The notes beneath the pieces were generated by a model. It saw only the letters and a program-made list of their open reading frames with translations. It made no database searches and was not told the DNA's origin. Below, one piece after another: positions 1-7,136 of a stretch of 22,017 nt of DNA (positions are counted from its first letter, which is position 1; each line of letters begins with the position of its first letter). Position numbers and translations under genes: made by a program. This DNA comes from Candidatus Heimdallarchaeota archaeon (GTDB lineage Archaea > Asgardarchaeota > Heimdallarchaeia > Hodarchaeales > Hodarchaeaceae), in assembly GCA_048881705.1 (NCBI GenBank), contig JBHLSH010000069.1, positions 1 through 22,017 of the forward strand. Direction: 5' to 3'.

Positions 1-126
1 GGCATGATCATCCGTCCACGAGTAGATCTAGGTATTTTGTTCACCACAATAGCGTCAAATATTGCGGTGATTGCAGCCAAAGCTGGCCAAAAAACTAACG
101 AATTGGTGCAAGAGATTTCAACATAA
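1..126 (+). CDS. 3' end of a CDS entering from the left edge (hypothetical; weak resemblance to a Roadblock/LC7-type C-terminus)
   Basis: Frame 1 is open from base 1 (GMIIRPRVDLGILFTTIASNIAVIAAKAGQKTNELVQEIST) to TAA at 124-126 and converges on the next gene. Not in the ORF track because it is truncated. Confidence 0.45.
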   Translation, partial: GMIIRPRVDLGILFTTIASNIAVIAAKAGQKTNELVQEIST

Positions 127-186
127 GCAGTTTACTTCGTCTAGATGATAACAAAAGACACTCGATGCCTTACTTCATGAACAGAT

Positions 187-1185
187 TCAGCCTATGGGCT
201 GCAAAGAATTTATTGTTTCAGCTACCCATGTTAGGTGCTCATCAGGAACATCAAGGGGGAGGACACATCCCGGCGAAAACATTAAGCCCCAATCATTAAA
301 TTGTCTGTGAATGGAATAAATGGCTCTTTCAATATCACCTCTACTTCCCGTCCTTATTATCCCCATTTCATCAAGACCTCCCAGGAGACCCCGGTCAAAA
401 TGCTGACGAGCTTCAAGAAGGGAAGGCTCAGTTCGCTGATCATGCCAGTTGATGGCTGAAACATGCGGCATTTCGGTGGCTTTATGGAAAAATGGAGAAT
501 TTCCGTGTAGATGAAGAACATTGAAGGCCGATTTATGCTGATATTGATCGAGAAGTGTTTTCAGAGGTTGGAACTCAAAATCGTTGAGGCTTGATGGGCT
601 GAGGAGAGAATTAAAGTGCTGAGTGGCCAGAAAAAGGCCATCAGAGCCAGCATCAAGGACCGCACCACAGAATTCACTCATGAGTTTAGTCAGCATCTGG
701 ATTTGTTCTTTTAGAAGGGTCCGGTCTTGGACAAGATGCTCAAGGAGGGCAGGATCCAGCTTGGATGCCACCATGAAGGGGGAGAAGATGGTCATCATGG
801 TAGGAATTTCGTTCTCTAATTGATTGTGAATAAGTTGTACCGCCTTCACTTGGGCTCCAAATTCGCCTGCATTCGGATCTATGGGTTCTAAAGTCTCCCA
901 ATCATCCAAGGAAAGGATAGGTTTTCGCACACAGATCCGGGAACCGGAAACAGGGTTATAGTCCCCAAGAACTCCCCCAAAGTCAACCACACAGTAACTC
1001 CCATGTGGGGAGATTTTCATCAAATCAGACCCAAATTGTCGTTGAAAATTGAGTTGGGCCTCAGCCAGGCCTTCAGGAGTTTTATCAGCCTCAACAAAGT
1101 GTTTCCACATAGAGAAAGGAACCTTTTCGGTGGGCTCTCGATTGAAAACTGATTGAATTAAGGCAAATCTATCGACCTGAGTCAT
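187..1185 (-). CDS. Uroporphyrinogen decarboxylase (URO-D)/MtaA-CmuA superfamily protein; not canonical HemE
   Basis: 332 aa with TIM-barrel-like family motifs: P-x-S-x-W-x-HF, TIFSPF, AGSDGLFLA, VLHLHG, INWHD, LLGGLD and SPGCVLP. Lacks the HemE W-x-MRQAGR motif. Confidence 0.8.
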   Translation of the reverse strand: MTQVDRFALIQSVFNREPTEKVPFSMWKHFVEADKTPEGLAEAQLNFQRQFGSDLMKISPHGSYCVVDFGGVLGDYNPVSGSRICVRKPILSLDDWETLEPIDPNAGEFGAQVKAVQLIHNQLENEIPTMMTIFSPFMVASKLDPALLEHLVQDRTLLKEQIQMLTKLMSEFCGAVLDAGSDGLFLATQHFNSLLSPSSLNDFEFQPLKTLLDQYQHKSAFNVLHLHGNSPFFHKATEMPHVSAINWHDQRTEPSLLEARQHFDRGLLGGLDEMGIIRTGSRGDIERAIYSIHRQFNDWGLMFSPGCVLPLDVPDEHLTWVAETINSLQPIG

Positions 1186-1337
1186 CTTTGATCAAATGGA
1201 CCTAAGATAAGAGATCTTGAAAAGAGTTCCTCCAGATACTGATTCCCAAAGTCAATGATCATAAACTCTAGCTGGTTCTAATTGATCAATTCCCCTCTCG
1301 GTTCCCTGCGACTTTAAAATGATTGTACGGGTTGGTT

Positions 1338-1979
1338 ATGGTCTCCCTGTCTTCCCCGACGCGGCAAGCTGAATATCTGTATCTTTTGTTCTTGCTTCAT
1401 ACATATAAACATATGGGGAGATATCGTTTGGCCTGGTACCTTCAGACATCCGATGCACGAATTCGTACCTTATTAGGGAAGTTGGTTCTGAGAGGGTTGG
1501 TAGAGAAGGCTGGTAAGAGGGTTGGTCATCAACTTTCAGATAAAGGAGAGGTATTGTGGGCCAATCTTCAGCAAGTCCTCTACATTCCCGATCCTACGAA
1601 ACGGTTTCACTTGGGATCTCGCTATACTGTGGGGACTAAGGATGCCCTGGTCGGTGTAGAAGGTACAGAAGAAATTTATTTTAATACTGTGATCTTACGT
1701 GATGAAAGCCTTATAAACGGGGCCATGGGATGCACTGTCTTTCTCAGGAACGAGACAGGAAATATTTACCTGCTGGATGCTGTATACCCCCCACTTCCAA
1801 AGCATCCACTTTCAGATCAAAAAACGGTCAAGAAACTCAATCGAATGCTCATTGAGACTGAATGGAAACAAACTATTCTTGTTGTGGGAACAGCGAACAC
1901 CGTAATCGGGGCACAAATCGGTGCGATAGCATCAGCAATGCTTTTGATACCTGAAAAATATAAGCTCGGTATTTATTGA
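1338..1979 (+). CDS. Archaeal winged-helix protein with DUF4443-like C-terminal domain, putative transcriptional regulator
   Basis: N-terminal HTH/wing pattern MGRYRLAWYLQTSDARIRTLLGKLVLRGLVEK...GHQLSDKG. C-terminal LRDESLINGAMGCTVF and VVGTA...AQIGAIASA resemble DUF4443. ATG 1338 chosen because TTTAAAAT lies at about 1313-1320; the ORF track starts at 1323. Confidence 0.65.
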   Translation: MVSLSSPTRQAEYLYLLFLLHTYKHMGRYRLAWYLQTSDARIRTLLGKLVLRGLVEKAGKRVGHQLSDKGEVLWANLQQVLYIPDPTKRFHLGSRYTVGTKDALVGVEGTEEIYFNTVILRDESLINGAMGCTVFLRNETGNIYLLDAVYPPLPKHPLSDQKTVKKLNRMLIETEWKQTILVVGTANTVIGAQIGAIASAMLLIPEKYKLGIY

Positions 1980-2074
1980 TGATAAGAGAAGCTTTTATCC
2001 CGATTCGAGGGAGATTGTTCCAGCTTGGGTGCTTAAATGCATTTGACAATGGACAATAATAGGTCACTAACCCC

Positions 2075-2096
2075 TATAAATTCATATCGAATGAAT
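2075..2096 (+). promoter_or_regulatory. TATA box (TATAAA) directly followed by a 6-5-6 inverted repeat ATTCAT-N5-ATGAAT, candidate operator
   Basis: TATAAA at 2075-2080, ATTCAT at 2080-2085 and ATGAAT at 2091-2096, about 40-60 nt upstream of ATG 2135. Confidence 0.45.
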
Positions 2097-2134
2097 ATTC
2101 TTATGCTATTAACAGGTCACACTGGGGTATTCCG

Positions 2135-2872
2135 ATGAAATCATACCGAATTACAATTATTCTCTTAATACTAGCATGTTCTATGATGTTTATTTCTCCT
2201 GTTGAAAACACGCTCGCCGAAACCGACCAGATATCGCGTTGGCAAATCGTAGAATGGAATAATGACTTTATAGGCTGGTGGAACTGGCCTGATGTTACGT
2301 TTAAAGCATCAAATGGATCATACCTGAATTATACAACAACTCATTATGAACCAGCAAACTTCACACATCCAAGTAATGGAACTATTGAGTTTGGGAATCT
2401 AACAATTCAAGCTACAAACAATAAGACCGCAGAAGTTCTGGTTCTATCCATCTGGCCGTGGTTACCAGGTCTTATCACATCCACAGATTGGGATATGCAG
2501 GAAGAGGTGGGTAGGGAAGCAGCGAATGGACTATTCACCAAAGGATCCTTCTCTAGAGTAGACACCGCGTACAACACTCTAGGTCTCTCAAGACAGGCAG
2601 TGAATTTCACTTATGGGCAAGATCTCAGCATTGGAAACCAAAACACGACCTTAATCTATGATAGGAATAGCGGTGTCTTACTAGAAGGCTATACTGAATT
2701 TGTTTTCGAAATTCCATACATATTACATCTCAAACTTGTTAATTCCGATCTGATTGAAACTAACAATCTCACTCCAGCTTTGGCGGTTCCCACCTTCGCT
2801 GCGCTCCTTGTAATGGGAACAATGGGCAGAAAATTGAAAAAAAGAAGGGAAAACTCCATCAGATCTAAATAA
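2135..2872 (+). CDS. Secreted, C-terminally anchored surface glycoprotein (hypothetical)
   Basis: Signal-peptide-like N-terminus (MKSYRITIILLILACSMMFISP), many N-x-S/T sequons, a YDRNSGVLL motif, and a C-terminal hydrophobic helix followed by a basic tail (RKLKKRR). Confidence 0.75.
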   Translation: MKSYRITIILLILACSMMFISPVENTLAETDQISRWQIVEWNNDFIGWWNWPDVTFKASNGSYLNYTTTHYEPANFTHPSNGTIEFGNLTIQATNNKTAEVLVLSIWPWLPGLITSTDWDMQEEVGREAANGLFTKGSFSRVDTAYNTLGLSRQAVNFTYGQDLSIGNQNTTLIYDRNSGVLLEGYTEFVFEIPYILHLKLVNSDLIETNNLTPALAVPTFAALLVMGTMGRKLKKRRENSIRSK

Positions 2873-2896
2873 TTGATCTCATGAACCTTTTACAGT

Positions 2897-3622
2897 GTGC
2901 AACCTCAAAAGAAGGGCCTGAATCTTATGAGTATGGATCGTGAGAAGATTTCGACTGAGCTTCGGAGCGAAGTCCAAGCAATTCAGGTGTTTTCGACAAG
3001 CGTGATTTTTTCTGCTGCGGCAGTTGCGAGTTCCTCAATTCTTCTATTCATCCCAAACTTGGAAACCTTGTCATTGTTTTTTTTTGTCGTAGGATATCAA
3101 TATGGTAAAACCACGGGTACAATGACTGTTATTACGTCCGTGATCATCTATGAGATGTTCGCAGCCCAGGTTTACGGAACTGGAGGATTGATTCCATTTC
3201 TATTGAAATTTCCACCCTTTCTACTAATTATGATTATTGGTGTGTACTTCCACAACCTAAAACAGCAGAACTCCTCGGAAAGTCCTGGCTCACAACAGGG
3301 TCATACGGATTATCTCCAACCGATGGTTGCAGAAGAGATCCCTCAACTGTATCTTCCCCCTCGTTCCGTAAATACGGAGGAAACCACATTTTCGTTGTAC
3401 GAACGTCTATTGCTGGCACAACTGGGGATAGCGTTGACAATGATCTACGATGTGATTACCTCCTTAGGAATAATAGTGTTTGTTCCCGATTGGGAGGCTT
3501 TCATTATTTCTTTCTTTACAGGGATTCCGTTCTTCTTATTCCATCAGCTAACGAACTGCTTGCTATTTGCGACCATCCCAGCTCTAATTGTGGCTCTAGA
3601 AAAGGCGAGGCCCTCCACATGA
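2897..3622 (+). CDS. ECF transporter S component, CbrT-like (probably cobalamin/corrinoid)
   Basis: About six hydrophobic helices. IPNLET in the first loop and GIPFFLFHQLTNCLLF at the C-terminus resemble CbrT-type IPNV and GLPF-x-x-H motifs. Upstream of EcfA/A'/T. The true start may be a downstream ATG (about 2927). Confidence 0.7.
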   Translation: MQPQKKGLNLMSMDREKISTELRSEVQAIQVFSTSVIFSAAAVASSSILLFIPNLETLSLFFFVVGYQYGKTTGTMTVITSVIIYEMFAAQVYGTGGLIPFLLKFPPFLLIMIIGVYFHNLKQQNSSESPGSQQGHTDYLQPMVAEEIPQLYLPPRSVNTEETTFSLYERLLLAQLGIALTMIYDVITSLGIIVFVPDWEAFIISFFTGIPFFLFHQLTNCLLFATIPALIVALEKARPST

Positions 3623-4083
3623 CCGAACGAGCGAACTACAGGAAATACGGGGTGCTTCAAGCGCTAGTTGTTGTGGTGATCGGAAGTTACTTTGTAGGAC
3701 TTGTTATTGGCCTTCAAATAGTGGCCGATTTAACTTCTCAGGACACAAATTCTCCCGAATTTGTCACCATTAATCTTGTCATCCAATCCAATCATCCAAA
3801 CTTTCCCCTCAATTATTCAGAAACATCGGTGGTTCCAGCAAACATTACCTTGATCGACCATTTAAACCAAACAATAGGCTCCGATAACTGGAGTGGGAGG
3901 TACAGCGAACCCTGGGGATGGTTTATCGAAGAGATTTTCAATGTAAATGCGCAAGGGGGCTGGCATTGGTCTATCCACTACCGAACGTCAGCTTCTGTAC
4001 CCTGGGATCTCTCCCCAGTAGGAGCATCATTATTTCGCTTGAATCAGGACTATGAAATTATGTTCCTTTTCCAGATGGGGTAA
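3619..4083 (+). CDS. Membrane-anchored DUF4430 (transcobalamin C-terminal-like) protein, putative corrinoid-binding
   Basis: ATG 3619 overlaps the upstream TGA (ATGA). N-terminal TM helix, then GWFIEEIFNV...WHWSIHY...VGASLFRLNQDYEIMF, matching the DUF4430 pattern G-x-F-I-x-x-I...W...GA...L...I-x-F. Confidence 0.65.
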   Translation: MTERANYRKYGVLQALVVVVIGSYFVGLVIGLQIVADLTSQDTNSPEFVTINLVIQSNHPNFPLNYSETSVVPANITLIDHLNQTIGSDNWSGRYSEPWGWFIEEIFNVNAQGGWHWSIHYRTSASVPWDLSPVGASLFRLNQDYEIMFLFQMG

Positions 4084-4149
4084 CATACCGTTTTTAGAGA
4101 AGAATCAGGGCCAGAGGCATCAAAATAAAGAAAGAAAGATGATAGTACC

Positions 4150-4992
4150 ATGATTGAAGGTATAAAACTTCGAAATTTGACCGTCACTTTTCCTAATGGT
4201 ACCTCTGCCCTGAAGAATTGTACAATAGAACTCAAAAGAGGTAACACCTATTTGGTGACGGGGACCACCGCGAGTGGAAAGAGTACACTGCTACGTTTTT
4301 TAAAGGGGATAGTGCCGCTTTTTTATCCAGCTACCATTCAAGGAGAAATCCTAATCAATGATAACGCTTTGGCGATCGAGGAATTTTGGGAAAACCGGAA
4401 TCGGATGGGCTATCTATTTCAAGATCCACCTCTCCAAATGATTGGGTCATCGGTTGAGCGTGATCTTGCATTTGGCTTGGAAAATCTAGCCTTAGAACCA
4501 GCGATGATACGGAAAAAAATAGATGAAATGGCACAGAGATTAGGGATCACTCATCTAATGACTCGAAGCCCACGTGAACTTTCGGGAGGGGAGGTAGCTT
4601 TAGTCGCCCTTGCGTCTATTTTAGTCCTTCAACCACAGCTCTGGTTACTCGATGAATTCACAGCTTTTTTAGATGTCAAGGCCAGGAAACGGGTGATTCA
4701 AACTATCGAAGCTGCACGAACCTCCGATCAGATTGTCCTTATCGTGTCTCATCACCTAGCCGACATTCTTCCTATTACAGATGAAGTTATTGTACTTGAT
4801 AAGGGCGAAGTAGTTCTACAGGTTGCGGGCGAACGATTTTTTTCCCACCATACGGATTTGATAGAACCATTACTCCGAATCCCTGAATTCTATTCTATAG
4901 GAGCCAGTCTCTGCAAAAGCCGAGGGATTGATCCGATATTTGGAACCTCTGATGAGCTGAGGCGGTTATTAAGGGGGGAAAACATTGACTAG
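4150..4992 (+). CDS. ecfA1: ECF transporter ATPase subunit A
   Basis: Walker A GTTASGKST, Q-loop LFQDP, AFGLEN, signature LSGGE, Walker B LLDE, H-loop VSHH. Confidence 0.92.
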   Translation: MIEGIKLRNLTVTFPNGTSALKNCTIELKRGNTYLVTGTTASGKSTLLRFLKGIVPLFYPATIQGEILINDNALAIEEFWENRNRMGYLFQDPPLQMIGSSVERDLAFGLENLALEPAMIRKKIDEMAQRLGITHLMTRSPRELSGGEVALVALASILVLQPQLWLLDEFTAFLDVKARKRVIQTIEAARTSDQIVLIVSHHLADILPITDEVIVLDKGEVVLQVAGERFFSHHTDLIEPLLRIPEFYSIGASLCKSRGIDPIFGTSDELRRLLRGENID

Positions 4993-5842
4993 CTTGCGGT
5001 ATTCTAATGTCTCCTTTTCATACGAAGATGACCATCCAATATTACATGAAATAAACCTAGAGTTTCAAACTGGACAGATTATAGGAGTGATAGGGCCAAA
5101 TGGGTCTGGAAAGTCCACTCTCCTCAAACTGGCAAATGGACTGCTTCGTCCCCAGTTGGGCACCGTTACGATCGATACTCACGACATTCGTCAAATTCGA
5201 ACTAGTCAACTTTCTCAACAGATTCATGTAACTTTCCAGTTCACCCGGCAACAGTTTTTTACGTCAAGTGTCGAAAAAGAGATTCTTGTAACTTTGGAAC
5301 GTCATGAAGCACGAGAATCAGTGTGTAACCAACGAATGATGGAATTAATCAGTGAATTCCGTCTAGAAGATTGTCGAACTCTGCATCCGTATATGTTATC
5401 TGGGGGAGAACAAAGAAGATTGGTTTTAGCTCTTGCAATGGCCAGCTCCGCCCAATTTTTCCTTCTAGATGAACCTACCGCAGGCCTTGACAAAGAAACC
5501 ATTCAATTATTGTTCAAAACATTGTACAGATTGAGGAACGAAAGAAGGGGTGTAATAATCGTTTCCCACGACATTGACGCTGTATTGAAAGTATGTGATA
5601 AAGTAGTTGTCCTGATCGATGGAAACATAGACTATTTAGGTTCAGCTTCTGAGGTAATTATCAAAGCTAGGGAGGATTCATGGGATTTTTTTGATCTGCC
5701 AGAGATTTTTCACTTTCTGTATAGCCTTGACACCAATAAGAGTATGCCAGGTATTATCAACAAGTACATTGCCACGGAAACCCTCGTAGTTAAAGCTAAT
5801 TTCGTATCAGCAATTCTGGAGGAAAGAGAGAATGTCCCTTGA
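4985..5842 (+). CDS. ecfA2: ECF transporter ATPase subunit A'
   Basis: Walker A GPNGSGKST, LSGGEQRR, LLDEPTAGLD, VSHD. TTG start overlaps the upstream gene. Confidence 0.92.
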   Translation: MTSLRYSNVSFSYEDDHPILHEINLEFQTGQIIGVIGPNGSGKSTLLKLANGLLRPQLGTVTIDTHDIRQIRTSQLSQQIHVTFQFTRQQFFTSSVEKEILVTLERHEARESVCNQRMMELISEFRLEDCRTLHPYMLSGGEQRRLVLALAMASSAQFFLLDEPTAGLDKETIQLLFKTLYRLRNERRGVIIVSHDIDAVLKVCDKVVVLIDGNIDYLGSASEVIIKAREDSWDFFDLPEIFHFLYSLDTNKSMPGIINKYIATETLVVKANFVSAILEERENVP

Positions 5843-6497
5843 TCCTCGGATATCACTGATCTTCTTACTTGTTTATTTTACTGTTACACTCTTGTCTCCT
5901 AGTCATGTCGCCGTTATATTTATCACGCTAATTTTCATTATCTGGTATGCTCGAATTTCTACATTTAGGCGAGTTATGAAAGCAGGGATATTTCTCCTTG
6001 TGCCTACTCTGTTTATCGGGTTTCTGAATTTGTTTTTTGTTACAACGGAATTTGATTTCGTAGCATTGATGGTATTACGTTTCTGGGGATTGAGTTGGTT
6101 GTTCAATTGGTTTCTGCATCAGGTTACTCCCGATGATCTTGCCCAAGCTTTATGGGCATTCCATGTCCCATATCGGTTCGCCTGGCAAATCAGTTTGGCT
6201 TATCGATTCTTACCTATGTTCCGTGAGGAAACTCAAGGTATTTATCAAACGCAAATTTCTCGCGGAATCCCCTTGGATGGAAAGATATACCAGAAACTTA
6301 AGACCTTGCCTGCGATAGTAATTCCGGTATTCGTCATGACCCAAGACAGGGCTGCCCAGTTTTCAACAGCCTTGTTTGCCCGCAATTGGGATAGTCGAAG
6401 GGCAAAGACATCATTATATCCCTTGAAGATGGGGAATCAAGATTGGATAATGTTGATAGCTGGACTGGGAATCGCATTAATTCTTACTCTTTTATAA
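5832..6497 (+). CDS. ecfT: ECF transporter transmembrane T component (EcfT/CbiQ family)
   Basis: LDPR N-terminus, several TM helices, coupling-helix motifs AYRFLP, QISRG and ALFARNW. Overlaps ecfA2. Confidence 0.9.
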   Translation: MSLDPRISLIFLLVYFTVTLLSPSHVAVIFITLIFIIWYARISTFRRVMKAGIFLLVPTLFIGFLNLFFVTTEFDFVALMVLRFWGLSWLFNWFLHQVTPDDLAQALWAFHVPYRFAWQISLAYRFLPMFREETQGIYQTQISRGIPLDGKIYQKLKTLPAIVIPVFVMTQDRAAQFSTALFARNWDSRRAKTSLYPLKMGNQDWIMLIAGLGIALILTLL

Positions 6498-6557
6498 TCA
6501 GGAGATATATTGATAGAGGGAAAGGGATTCATACGTCCAGCGCAACGGAGTGATTGC

Positions 6558-6905
6558 ATGTCGTCCATTCCACCTAGTATTCGGAAAATCCTAGACTCTG
6601 GCAGAGGAGAAATGGCCCAACTTGAACGACAGTATCATATTTGGGTTACAATCACAGTACTTGGGTTTATAGTAGAAGTTGTACTTTTTCTTGTCTCGGT
6701 GCTGCTGTTCATGGATTCGACCCCTGACCTAGCTATCCCACGAATCCTAGTAGGGTTAGCTGCCCTGGGAAATATCGTAGTGCTCTATGTTGTCTCACAG
6801 GAGACTTTGGCCCGTCGTAGGTACATTTTTGAGATCAAAAGAATGATGGTCTCTGGTCTTTCCTTCCTGGAATCCATACGGCGCGGATTGAAGGGCTTAT
6901 TCTGA
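6558..6905 (+). CDS. Small hypothetical membrane protein with two TM helices
   Basis: Two hydrophobic segments (IWVTITVLGFIVEVVLFLVSVLLF and ILVGLAALGNIVVLYVV). ATG 6558 is preceded by GGAGTGA; the ORF track starts at 6510. Confidence 0.65.
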   Translation: MSSIPPSIRKILDSGRGEMAQLERQYHIWVTITVLGFIVEVVLFLVSVLLFMDSTPDLAIPRILVGLAALGNIVVLYVVSQETLARRRYIFEIKRMMVSGLSFLESIRRGLKGLF

Positions 6906-7080
6906 TAATTAAGATCGTATACGCGAATGAATTTCTTTCTAGTGATTAACCTTTTTTCGATACTAATAGCATGCGGCTTCTCAAACTGAATATTCTTAAG
7001 AATCAGTTCAGTTTGCTGTATATTGATACGGATTATGTTAGGATTTCACTAGTTTCCTAATGTAAGCAGTTCGTGGGGCA

Positions 7081-7094
7081 TAAAAGTTTATAAG
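7081..7094 (+). promoter_or_regulatory. Putative BRE/TATA promoter of the FG-GAP gene
   Basis: TAAAAG followed by TTTATAA (7087-7093), about 45 nt upstream of the start at 7137. Confidence 0.45.
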
Positions 7095-7136
7095 GAAGGG
7101 AATCGAAGTAGGGGGGTTCTTTGTTGGTGCAGGGCC

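Noticed and set aside
187-1185. Assigning the gene symbol hemE or mtaA
   Set aside because: Both the HemE RQAGR motif and the MtaA H-x-C motif are absent, so only superfamily membership is supported.
1980-2134. Possible cobalamin riboswitch upstream of the ECF operon
   Set aside because: The region is short and AT-rich, and I found no B12-box or conserved riboswitch core. A covariance-model search would settle it.
3490-3618. N-terminal extension of the 3490-4083 ORF
   Set aside because: It overlaps the S-component gene by more than 130 nt. ATG 3619 gives a typical ATGA coupling and a clean N-terminal TM anchor.
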